Under the pieces are notes generated by a model. That model was given only the letters and a program-made list of their open reading frames with translations. It did not search any database and was not told the origin of the DNA. A stretch of 63,942 nucleotides of DNA, counting the filler, from Lenisia limosa (lineage: Eukaryota; Protista; Breviatea): NCBI GenBank assembly GCA_001655205.1. It is 11 parts of 11 records of this genome, joined end to end, with 100 filler letters (N's around TTAATTAATTAA, not from the genome) between each part and the next. Parts side by side here need not be neighbours in the genome. Positions count along the whole stretch, not along the records: positions 34,580 to 40,039 come from LPNZ01008291.1; positions 40,140 to 42,238 come from LPNZ01005018.1; positions 42,339 to 44,259 come from LPNZ01006866.1; positions 44,360 to 48,007 come from LPNZ01010354.1; positions 48,108 to 57,399 come from LPNZ01005222.1; 6 more parts are not named here. One strand, written 5' to 3'. The translations under genes and the position numbers were made by a program. Shown piece after piece: positions 37,250 through 48,215 of the stretch. Position 1 is the first letter of the stretch; every line of letters starts with the position of its first letter.

Positions 37250-39090
37250 ACACCAGCGGCTGTCCCTGAAGTCGTACGCCTTCAGCATCTACCTGAAGGG
37301 TCAAGGAGTGGCCAGCAATGTTGGTGCATATTTCCAAGGGGAGTATGGGTAGTTGCACTAGTAGTTCTCAGTAGCTCAGTATCATACAGACAAGAGGACA
37401 TATCGTATCCAAAAAAGGCTAGTCTGATCAAGTTTGAAGATGACCAATCCAAAATAAACAAAGACAAAAAAGGGTATTTTTTTTATTATTTTTTTTGTTG
37501 TTTTTGTACCTATCTTATTATTAAATAGGTCTTATACTGTAGTTATATTGCGCCATACTTGCATAAGCGGGCCAAATGAGCCTCAAAAAATGTTCTTGGC
37601 AAGCTTGATAAGTGTATCCGAAGACTTAGAGCCTCAGCTTGCTGGTCTTCTCCTTCCAGTGCTTGTTTAGCGGTAATCCTTCTTTATAGCGAAATGTCGC
37701 TTCTGTTCCATTTGACGGAAGCACATCACCCTTTCTCAGAAATTTGTCTCACATGACTGGGTACAGGGTGCAAATCACCAAGTGTTCGGTAGTTTTGATT
37801 AGAACCTTGACTGTTTTGAGCTTGAGCGGTTTTGCTCTAGTTTGTGATGCTGGCTTTTGTCTTCTACATGCGCCGTCCATGATGAGCTTGATTTGAGCGT
37901 CGTTTTGAAATGGATATGTACCGTCGTGGATAATGCTGAATTGTGAAACTGAGTATAACCCTTACGTAATTCTTACCACTCCGGACAAGTAGCTCTTAAT
38001 AATCCCGCTAGCAAGCTTCTTCATAACCATATAAGCGACAAACAGTTTAGCTTTCTCCTGATCAATTGGCCATTGTGTATTGCCCGTTCTTTGTGTAGCA
38101 AAGCGTTAGCCTTGATAAAGTTCGGCTTGAAACGTCCCCGGCTTGCACCTTCGGTGTTTGTATTGTCCTCAGCAAAGTGTATTACTATACCTCTGTCCAT
38201 GCATCTGAGAAGACCGGACTGAATGGGTTTGTTGACAATTGTCCTGTACTGTGGATTCTAGATTATTTCATACCCAGAGTCTGACGCTGTTCCTCCTTTC
38301 TTGAACCACTCCATTGCGTTGGTGTTGTCGATGCCGACGAGGATTGAAACATTCTCCATTGAGGCTGTAAAGACTTTGATGCCAATCTGAGGGTACATTT
38401 AATACTGAACTTACCAGTTGGGCTACAAGTTTCAGTACTGCTATTGAATAGCGCTTTTTAACCAGAGGGACTTCTTCAGCAAAGTAGGTGTTGGTGGTGG
38501 GACAGGTTCCTGCCACAGCTTCCAGTGATGCGTTGTGAAATATGCTACTACTTGGTCGGTTATCTTCTTCGGATCCAATGATGGATTGTCCTTCCTTCCT
38601 TGATGCTGTTCCTTTAGTGAGAGTGTCATTTATAGTACGGAGGTAAGATATGACCTTGGCTGGGGAAATTTCGGCGTTTATTTTGGTAGAGCGTGGCTGG
38701 GAGCTACAACTTATTTGGTGCGTATTGGATCTATCTTGTAGTTATTGAGGGTGCAGAATAGTGTTAACAGGCAGTAACGTAAAATGATAATTGTGGAGAG
38801 TTTCTTGATGTTGCTGTTGTAGTCCTAGGAGGTTAAAGTGCACTGGTGAATTCCTGAAATCCATAGGCGTTTTCTTGAAATAGCCTACGTGGCCTGAGGG
38901 GAGTTGAAAGCAGAACATATGCTTCTCGTTGTGTGCGACGGTTATGAGATAGAAAGCGTCTGGGAGATTGCCTTCGAACAGCCACCAACCTTTATTGAGG
39001 CTGCTCCTCAGTTTATCAATGCGGGTGAGGCGGAATGGTGCGTAAAACTTTTTTGTGCAAAATGCCGTTTTTTTTACTCAAAATGAATAA
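37250..39090 (-). mobile_element. Decayed DIRS-like tyrosine-recombinase retrotransposon (RT, RNase H, YR)
   Basis: RT fragment WLFEGNLPDAFYLITVAHNEKHMFCFQLPSGHVGYFKKTPMDFRNSPVHF (~38850-39000). RNase H fragments IAVLKLVAQL and ILVGIDNTNAMEWFKKGGTAS (~38290-38450). YR N-terminal WPIDQEKAKLFVAYMVMKKLASGIIKSYLSGV (~37980-38080), then FLRKGD (~37730) and a degenerate GYD...YDTELLRTTSATT box (~37350-37410). Many stops and frameshifts. Confidence 0.85.
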
Positions 39091-40762
39091 NNNNNNNNNN
39101 NNNNNNNNNNNNNNNNNNNNNNNNNNNNNNNNNNNNNNNNNNNNNCCGGACATCATTAAAAACTTACCGGACACACCAAAACTTCTGGACAGCTTGAGTT
39201 ATATAAAATCATAATAAACCCAATAATCCTTTTGTTTTCGAAAATAATTTCAATCTTAATCAAAGGATAAAACGTCTACTTCATATGCACAGGTTGACCT
39301 TTAACAGGAGGCTAACTTTGGAAATATCCTCTTGGTTAATCCTGTTGCGATAATATAACTCCATGAAATCTCTGTCTCTAAGTTATTAGAAAATAAGCCA
39401 ACTTCAAGGAGCAGTAAAAACTCAGTGACCTCAAAAAAAAACTTCCATCATATTTTGTCCGTTCTTTTTGTAATTTACGCTCATTTTTTGCCTAATTTGT
39501 CTTATTTTGTCAACTTATATGCCTCTAGTTTGCCCAAGAGTGGTGAAATTCAAAACTGTTGGTGCAAGAACGTCTTTGCTTTATCACAAGGACGATTTTA
39601 GGCCCAGAGTCTGTGTTTTTACTGTATTTTGCATGAAATATTCAAGAGTTATGAAAGTGGTATATTTCATGTATTATATTGATACTCCTTCCTAGGCTTT
39701 TGAACAAAACCCTGTCTAAAAAAGTGTTTTGGGCGATATTTGCAAAAAATGTGAAAGAGCCGTAAATAAGGACTCTTTTTTGTTCGCGGTTTTTTAATGA
39801 TATTCCCGGTTTTAATCATGTTCGCGGTTTTAACAATACATAATATTATGATATATCTTACGCAAGCTCAATAGTAGGCGCTTTCAACACTCCACGCAAA
39901 CATAAGAGTATGCAACGTACAAAATTCAAACTCAAAGCTCAAACCTGATGCACTCTCTAACATGGGGCTTGAGCAGCTTGTTTTGTTGTTTTCAAATTGA
40001 GAGATACAGTGTGCTAAGATGACATGCTCTTTTTCATGANNNNNNNNNNNNNNNNNNNNNNNNNNNNNNNNNNNNNNNNNNNNTTAATTAATTAANNNNN
40101 NNNNNNNNNNNNNNNNNNNNNNNNNNNNNNNNNNNNNNNGGGGGGGGGGGGGTCAAACAGGATATGATGATTTGGAAGAAGAAAAATACCAAAAACCAAA
40201 ACTAATTTCTGTTACAACTCTGGGAGGGTATATAAACTACTTTTGTTTTGGGAGAATGTGAATGAACAGGAGAGGATGTACGCTCAATTAGACTATAATA
40301 CGAGTCGAAGCGATTGCAAATACAATGATAGCAAATTCCGTGCATACTTAGCCTGAAACACTCTCTGGCCGGTTCGCGGGGACAGCACTTCAGGTTCGGA
40401 AGAGTTCCTAAGGTGTATGAATTGTTATGTGGATTCTAATACTAACCCTTTAAACTGTGTCTCCCCCCCCCCCCCNNNNNNNNNNNNNNNNNNNNNNNNN
40501 NNNNNNNNNNNNNNNNNNNNNNNNNNNNNNNNNNNNNNNNNNNNNNNNNNNNNNNNNNNNNNNNNNNNNNNNNNNNNNNNNNNNNNNNNNNNNNNNNNNN
40601 NNNNNNNNNNNNNNNNNNNNNNNNNNNNNAAATGAAGAGTCGACATTTTGACAGCCGTGCGACTTGGTCTGTTTCATTAGTGCGGGGTATATACTATATA
40701 GCATGTGATCATACAAGACGAGAAATGATATCAAATGATTCGTTGATATCATCTGTTCCTCC

Positions 40763-43700
40763 TCACCCATTTGCGATGGCTACAGTATAGGCGTTCTGGG
40801 CAGCATCACATTCCAACTAAGCAGTGATTAGAACGTGTGGCTCAGCTGAAATGCAAGTAGACTTTTAAGATTGAAACAAAGCACTCCATATTTGTCACCC
40901 TTCTTGGTCTTTAGGGATCTGTCCCACCTCTACTCGTTCGCGTTCTTCAGCCACAATGGCACCGTCATCTATAGACACCAGCGAGGGGCATGTCTGGATC
41001 AGAGTGGAGCGGTACGCCTTATGTCGAGCTACCGGGTTGGAAGCGAGCACCACTGATTCGAGGCGAGTGGCTTCGAGGTTCTGGGGGAGGGGTAATAAAA
41101 CACCAACACAACTACCAAAGTACTGTTTTGTAATAAACAGTAGGACTTCACTTCAGTATATAAAAAGGGTGAATGTCTCAAAAACTACCGATATTAATCT
41201 TTTTGGACCGTAGTGAAGACCTATCACAAGGATTCGCTTGGAATGATGTCGAATACTTTCAGACATATATAAAATAAAAAAGAAAATAATAGGACCTTGA
41301 GCGTTGTGGAAATTAGAAAAGAGTTACTTCACCACCACCATCCCACCTGCAGGTCTCGGATGTCAGATATTCGATTTGATGACGCAATGAGAGTGTGGAG
41401 GTGGGGGAGGGGAAGGAGGGATGGCAGGGACTTCAGACCATTTCCTCTAGAGGCGAATTAACAATTTGTGCTGCAAGAGGGGGAGTGATAGATTGATAGA
41501 ATAAGATCAACATCTCAATACACACAGGCAAACGTTTGGTATCATGAAGAAATGAGAAATAAAACGGGAATATTTGGTATAATATTTCAACAAAAGGTTG
41601 ATAGTGTATTTTCCAATGATAAAAAGCCAGATTCCGAGAAGCAACAACAGTGATATGACGTACTTGATGTTTAGTACTCTAAGGAGAGGGAGCCTCATGA
41701 AGTGAGTGTCTTCCAATGTTCGAATGCGGTTATTGGAGACATCCAGAGACGTGACAGTGGCTGGAATGGTCATAGTATTTTAGTTTTTTTCATATTGATG
41801 TTTTTTCTTTGTTTTCATATTATTATACTATGTAATTACATATATCGTATATTATATGCATATGATATGATATATTCTAAATATATAGACCACAAGAAAA
41901 AGAAATTTAATCAGCGATACCACTCAACAACACAATTTCTCAAAATAGCAATTAATCCCCAATAATTCCTTCAGCGGTAACATGGCAATCTTGTCTATAG
42001 TGTCCCCATTTTTTCATTGAATATTATTAAAGAAAGCTGCAAAACCTCAAATGGAAACTCGAAGTGAAAGTAGTTTACCTAGGATTTGTGGAAGGAGTTT
42101 TCAAAATCATAGGTTATGATAATGTGAATCTCGTTTGGAGACATGCAGTAATACATGCTCTCAACACGTACATGGAACGCCTTTTAACCAAATATGTACT
42201 ATGTAATATATCATATAGGTGACCACCCAAAAACGCGANNNNNNNNNNNNNNNNNNNNNNNNNNNNNNNNNNNNNNNNNNNNTTAATTAATTAANNNNNN
42301 NNNNNNNNNNNNNNNNNNNNNNNNNNNNNNNNNNNNNNTCCCCCCTCCCACTCACCCATAGACGCTTGTCGTCTATGACTCTTATCGCCATGGTGGTGAT
42401 GGTGGTGCTTGTGATGGTGTTTATGACGATGGCGATGGCTGGGTAAAGTTACACGATTGAAATGACACGAAGAGATATACTTGTAAGTACAACAAGGTTG
42501 TATCTGGCCGAAGCCGTCCACATCATCACGCTGAGAAGAGATATTGGATAATCAGTATCATATCAATTAACCCAATCATTTGCCTTATTTCTGCGTGGTT
42601 CCCCACTAGTGATGGACTGTTTCGAAAGGAATTGAATTAGGGTTTCACTTCAGTTCGAAAAAGACTGAATTTCTCGATAAATCCCCGAAAAGTATCGATA
42701 TTTTCCCCGGTATTTTTTCGAACCGAAGTGATATAATTCAAATTACCAAACACAAACCTTCCTTTGACTTCAGAGAGGGATTCTAAAAAGTGAGAAAAAA
42801 GTCACGTTAGGTGTACTCGCATACAAGTGACACACATTATACGATGTAAAGATATCATCTTCATAATTGTCACACCCAAACGTGGTGATTCTATTGAGAG
42901 TAATCATTTTGAACATATAACGAATCCGCATATAAACTGTCTTAATAACTTTCACAAATCATCAAAATAATAATTTAATAATAATAATAAATAAAAGTGT
43001 CTATTTGCAATTCTAAACACAATATCATCACCCACCCGAATGAAGGGATTCTAGGTCCTGCAAGCTCGGGATTCTCTTGGTGAACTCGTCGTCCTTGGCT
43101 GACAGCAGGGGCTGGCTCGGACTGCCAGTAAGAGCTGGCTGCTGGGGGATCTGGGGGACGGGGGAGTAAAATTGGAAAATTTAAGAAACAAGACCCAAAA
43201 TCAACTTAGTTGGTTAGCATTTNNNNNNNNNNNNNNNNNNNNNNNNNNNNNNNNNNNNNNNNNNNNNNNNNNNNNNNNNNNNNNNNNNNNNNNNNNNNNN
43301 NNNNNNNNNNNNNNNNNNNNNNNNNNNNNNNNNNNNNNNNNNNNNNNNNNNNNNNNNNNNNNNNNNNNNNNNNNNNNNNNNNNNNNNTCTCCAAAATTAC
43401 AGTAATGCCTTCACATTTCAATTAGTCACCATTTCTACCTTGGGCGTCACTTGGGTTCGAAAAATACCAGGAAAATCTTGATAGTTTTCGAGGATTTATC
43501 AAGAAATTGACTTTTTTGAAGCGACAAAACCTTATTTCTACCATTATTTTAAAAGTTACTCCTTGCAAACAAACACCTCATCCCCTCCATAAATTACCCT
43601 CGAGGGCGTATTTTACCAGTAACAGTATTTGATACCTGTTATTCAGAAAATACAACTATCTCCCCCTTCTTTACATTCCACACTCTCATATTTCGAATTC

Positions 43701-44208
43701 ATCCTCCTCCTCCAAAACTCTCCCCCNNNNNNNNNNNNNNNNNNNNNNNNNNNNNNNNNNNNNNNNNNNNNNNNNNNNNNNNNNNNNNNNNNNNNNNNNN
43801 NNNNNNNNNNNNNNNTTCAGAACACCCAAAGACTGGGGGGTAAATTGGAAAATTTATGAAACAAAAACTGTTGGCTGACTAGGAATGGGGTTTCATAGTT
43901 CATACTCTTTAACACCATATTGCCGTATTATTATATTATTTAAATCAAATCACATCTAATTTCATATTCACTCTCCCAATATTCTTTATCAAAATTTCCC
44001 GTTTTACCCCCCTTTGTTTTGTTGCTTCCCAAAAAAAGTTAACTCTGTTTTGGTTTGTTTCATGAAACCCCCGAACATCCCACCACACCTGTAGGGACGA
44101 AGATGACGAGGGCTCCTTGGCGCTCAGTAGGGGTCTTTGCTGGGCTTCAGCCGAGGGGGTGTCACAGACCACTTCAATGTTGGGCACAGCATCATCGTGT
44201 TTCTTATC
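40763..44208 (-). CDS. Leucine-rich-repeat protein with C-terminal LRRcap, 5' partial
   Basis: ...DKKHDDAVPNIEVVCDTPSAEAQQRPLLSAKEP|...IPQQPALTGSPSQPLLSAKDDEF|...TIPATVTSLDVSNNRIRTLEDTHFMRLPLLRVLNIK|GNGLKSLPSLLPLPHLHTLIASSNRISDIRDLQ|NLEATRLESVVLASNPVARHKAYRSTLIQTCPSLVSIDDGAIVAEERERVE|LECDAAQNAYTVAIANG-stop. Confidence 0.82.
42491..42600. repeat. Dispersed repeat family D
   Basis: acaaggttgtatctggccgaagccgtccacatcatcac...gagatattggataat...acccaatcatttgcctta; also at 56289-56403, inverted at 62690-62770, partial at 26710 and 29655. Confidence 0.75.
42638..42731. mobile_element. MITE family B copy
   Basis: tagggtttcacttcagttcgaaaaagactga...ttttttcgaaccgaagtga. Confidence 0.85.
43151..43222 (-). 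mobile_element. Family A 3' module at an LRR-gene acceptor
   Basis: gttgattttgggtcttgtttcttaaattttccaattttactcccccgtcccccAG. Confidence 0.8.
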
Positions 44209-44788
44209 CTACGGGAGGGGGATAAAGGGAAATTTATGAAACAAAAAAAGTCCAGAATCNNNNNNNNNNNNNNNNNNNNNNNNNNNNNNNNNNNNNNNNN
44301 NNNTTAATTAATTAANNNNNNNNNNNNNNNNNNNNNNNNNNNNNNNNNNNNNNNNNNNNTCCCTAACCGACTTGCCGGAGCTTTGTTTGTTTTATTTTGC
44401 TGTTTTCAATCGTTGTATGTTTCTTAATTATTTGGCCAACAGAGTTGATTCTGCGGTTTTTTTTGTTTTCTCAATCACCCTGCTCCCTGAATATGTTATT
44501 TCTCTTTCCACACAATTACGTGTCCTGGTTACGGAACAAGCGCTAATGTTGGCTTTTATTGCGAATGTCAACCCACATTTTTATTTTATTTTTTATCATG
44601 GTTTGTACTCCTAATAATTCGGCTTTCTTAAAACAATGCCATCTANNNNNNNNNNNNNNNNNNNNNNNNNNNNNNNNNNNNNNNNNNNNNNNNNNNNNNN
44701 NNNNNNNNNNNNNNNNNNNNNNNNNNNNNNNNNNNNNNNNNNNNNNNNNNNNNNNNNNNNNNNNNNNNNNNCCCCTTTCACATTTTAG

Positions 44789-46055
44789 GGCGACGACGCC
44801 GACGATTTGAATGTGCGAAAAGTCCAGCTGCAGACCAGAAGCCAAGTGGGTAGTATTCAGTCTTTTTTGGAACCAAAAGTGAAGCTCTGGTTTTTCTTCC
44901 TATTAGGATGATGAAGTGTTCTGGGCTTTGTTGTCTTCAACCCTTGTGTGTCCCTAGCCAACATAGTTGATTTTGGGATTGTTTTTTTGACTTCAAAAAT
45001 TTTGTTATCTGGCTTTTGTCAAGTTTTAGCGTTGGTTGCTCGTGTTTGTTATTGTGTGTGTGTTATTGTGTGTGTGTTTTTGTTTGTTTGTTCGGAGTTT
45101 CAGATTATNNNNNNNNNNNNNNNNNNNNNNNNNNNNNNNNNNNNNNNNNNNNNNNNNNNNNNNNNNNNNNNNNNNNNNNNNNNNNNNNNNNNNNNNNNNN
45201 NNNNNNNNNNNNNNNNNNNNNNNNNNNNNNNNNNNNNNNNNNNNNNNNNNNNNNNNNNNNNNNNNNNNNNNNNNNNNNNNNNNNNNNNNNNNTATGTGAA
45301 GCTGATCAAGGAAAAAATCGTGGAGGAGAAGGAATTGGCAAAGCAGTTCTTGGATGTGGGGGGGGGGGGTAAACGTTGTTTTTTGAAGAGAAATACTATA
45401 GACATTTGAAGAAACCTAGGGAAATAATACCTACATAAGGACATCATAAACTAATTACCATACTTCCGCGCCCCAAATGATGGTTTTGTTGTGTTTTACT
45501 GCTGTGAGGACTGGTACTTACAATAATATTTGTTGTGTGTGTTTGTGTATGTAGCGAGGGGTTAACATGGTTTGATATATGATGGTTTTGTGTTTTTTTT
45601 TTTTGGAATATCATGGCAATCAGCTGAGAGAAGAGGGACATCATGGCAATCAGCTGAGAGAAGAGGGACATCATTTGATTTTGAATAGATAAAAATTGGT
45701 AAACGTTTTCTATTTTTTTTAAACAAAAGAAATAATATGTATTAAAAATCTAGGGAAACTAATAAATACATAGGGACCATCATCAAATAACCATTATATA
45801 TATATATATTTTATATCATATGTCAATTTTTTTCTCTCCATACTATCTGCGATTGGATGCGGGCCTGGGCTTTGTTTTGTTTTGTTGTTTTAAACCCTTG
45901 TCTGTTTCCCAAATGCGAGCCAATAAAGTTGATTCTGGAAATTTGTCGTTACATAAAATGTCCATTTTCACCCCCTCCCCCAGGGAGGCGAGAGAGAAGC
46001 AGCCACTCACTGCCTCCGGAGAGTCAAGTGCATGCAGGCTGAGATTGAGGAGTAG
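44789..46055 (+). CDS. 3' fragment of a helical protein, weakly like CC2D1/DM14-type helical repeats
   Basis: GDDADDLNVRKVQLQTRSQ|YVKLIKEKIVEEKELAKQFLD|GGEREAATHCLRRVKCMQAEIEE-stop with good splice sites. The family assignment is from memory only. Confidence 0.55.
44940..45108 (+). mobile_element. Long-form element: family A module running into family C module
   Basis: aacccttgtgtgtccctagccaacatagttgattttggg...atctggcttttgtcaagttttagcgttggttgctcgtgtttgttattg...ggagtttcagattat. Confidence 0.75.
45850..45983 (+). mobile_element. Family A copy at an acceptor
   Basis: ggcctgggctttgttttgttttgttgttttaaacccttgtctgtttcccaaatgcgagccaataaagttgattctg...ttttcaccccctccccAG. Confidence 0.8.
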
Positions 46056-46548
46056 ACCTTTCCTAAAAGGGTAATGTGTGTTTTTTGAATCTTTCCTTTC
46101 GTGTTTTTTTGTTTGTTTTGTTCCTTATGTATTAATTTGCCAAAATTGCTTCTCGTGAGATTTTAAAATTTTGTTTAGAAGGTACAGTAAAGGCGGTATC
46201 ACTATTTATGACCTGGCAGTGAAGAGGGGTCCCTACGATCCGAAAAAGACTGTAAAATATCGATATTTCGATGATTTAACGGGAAATCCTTTGGGACCTT
46301 AGAACCAGAACACACATAATTTAACCAAAGATTTCAATTTTGATTCATAGTCTTGGAAGAAGGCTTTAACTTGCTGGCTAGAGTTCTGAAATGGTCAGTG
46401 GGCAAACAGGTAACTCATCAACGAAAAAGGAAAAGACAACTCAAAAAAATTGACTCAAATACAGACAATCATCAAAGTATCAACTTCAAAAATATTTATG
46501 AATAATATTACACACAAATAGAGAAATTCTACAACACACAATGTATTT

Positions 46549-47622
46549 TTATTGTATTATACGTACCAATGTTTCACCAACGTCTGCACCGTTGTCAATT
46601 AGGAACTTGCAGACAGCCCTCCTCAGCCGCGTATATGAGTGGCGTTTTGCCCTGTGTAATGAAGGTCTCATTGAGTCATCAATAATAGAGAATAGAAATG
46701 TTGTGGCTCCATCCGAATAAATATAGTCCAGTGTCAGACTTCTACCCACAAAATCATCAGGTTCATCGATATCGACGCCCTTCTCAATGAGGTACTTCAC
46801 TATGTTAAAGTGTCCAGATTCAGAAGCATAACTGAGGTGAGGATTTTCCTGAATTGCGTCATCCAAGGAAGTTTTTGGGGACATGGTAGATGTATTATTT
46901 AATTAAAAAAGAGAAGCCAAATACACATTCTGTGGATGCATGGTAAAAAGTGATCCAAACGCTTGCAATGATGAACGCTACTTGACCAAATGACCCCAAC
47001 CATTTCAAATCAAATACCAAAGAGATGAATCTTAAAAAAAATGTATTCATAGTTATAGAAGCTTTTATTTCGGGTGAAAAGCGAATAGGGCTTTGTTTTT
47101 TGGGTCTTTCTCAATAGTTGCAGTTCTAGCATATTTAATTAAGAGGATCGAACATCCAATGAGGTACTCATGATACACAAGTGGCCACTTTCAGCAGCAC
47201 AGATGAGTGGAGTGCGAGGATAACTTTTATTACAATATCAAAGCGTTTGTGCAATTCTTTAAATGTTAATGATCAATCCTAGGAGGAATATATACAGTGT
47301 GTGTTTTTTACATATAGCTACTTCAGCCGTTAATTTCATTAATAAATATAATCATAAAATTATTGCAAACTGTGATATCGTTTGTGCACATACCTGTTTT
47401 GTCTATGTGGAACAAGACAGCCCCTCCACACATTTAAAGAGAAAGCCCCTCCACACATTTAAAGAGAAAAACACAAACAAGAAAAGATAATCATGTGTTT
47501 ATCGTTCCTACTGACAAGGAAAGGGCAGCAAGCATTTGTGACACTTCTATCGGCTTCAAGGTGCTGTTATACTCCTCAAGGTTCCCATTTACACAAGCCT
47601 CAAAAATGTTCTTGTCCCTCAT
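46549..47622 (-). pseudogene. Small ankyrin-repeat gene with frameshifts (pseudogene or assembly errors)
   Basis: MRDKNIFEACVNGNLEE; TPLICAAESGHLCI then frameshift to EYLIG; YASESGHFNIVKYLIEKGVDIDEPD; GKTPLIYAAEEGCLQV then frameshift to KFLIDNGADV. Confidence 0.65.
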
Positions 47623-48106
47623 CTTATTTTTTATGTCGTTGTGGGAGTGTGTTTTGNNNNNNNNNNCAGTTAGGAAGGAGGAGAGGCGGGCCAAAAACGA
47701 AAGAACACAGAAAACAAAAGGCCCGGTCCGGAAGGAACACAACCAGTACATTGAGTCTCTTCGATTGAGTCACAGCAGTCACAGTTGAGTCATTGAGTAG
47801 TAAACAGTTTCAGTTAAGTGTAGTGTAATTCAAATGTATTAGGTTCTTATTAGGTAAAAATTACATAGGTCTAATTATTATTTACAACGATTATGCCAAA
47901 AACAGTGGTGGATAGTGGAAACCAGGAGTGGAGGAGGCCCCTTGTCCAGTGATAGTAAGTATTAACCGATTTTTCTTGAGAAATCACAGAGCAAATCGGG
48001 GGAAATGNNNNNNNNNNNNNNNNNNNNNNNNNNNNNNNNNNNNNNNNNNNNTTAATTAATTAANNNNNNNNNNNNNNNNNNNNNNNNNNNNNNNNNNNNN
48101 NNNNNN

Positions 48107-48192
48107 NAGTCAGCCCGGGCCTTTACTCCCCCACACAGGACTAGTCAGCCCGGGCCTTTACTCCCCCTCACAGGACTAGTCAGCCCGGGCCT
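48107..48192. repeat. 35-bp tandem repeat containing a splice-signal-like core
   Basis: agtcagcccgggcctttactcccc(ca/ct)cacaggact, two full units plus a partial third, at a contig edge. Confidence 0.85.
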
Positions 48193-48215
48193 CCGCGCCT
48201 TAGCCGACGTTGGCG

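Noticed and set aside
37250-37470. KDZ/Zisupton transposase (YDxxC and CxH-like motifs)
   Set aside because: The motif order is wrong for KDZ, and the segment fits the C-terminal box of the adjacent tyrosine recombinase better.
40139-40650. Possible small plus-strand gene fragment (LKHSLAGSRGQHFRFGRVPK)
   Set aside because: It is too short and gap-bounded to support a call.
40940-41400. Plus-strand exons (MAPSSIDTSEGH..., SRMSDIRFDD...)
   Set aside because: The minus strand encodes a clear LRR and LRRcap; the plus-strand splice-like sites reflect the mirrored G/C signals.
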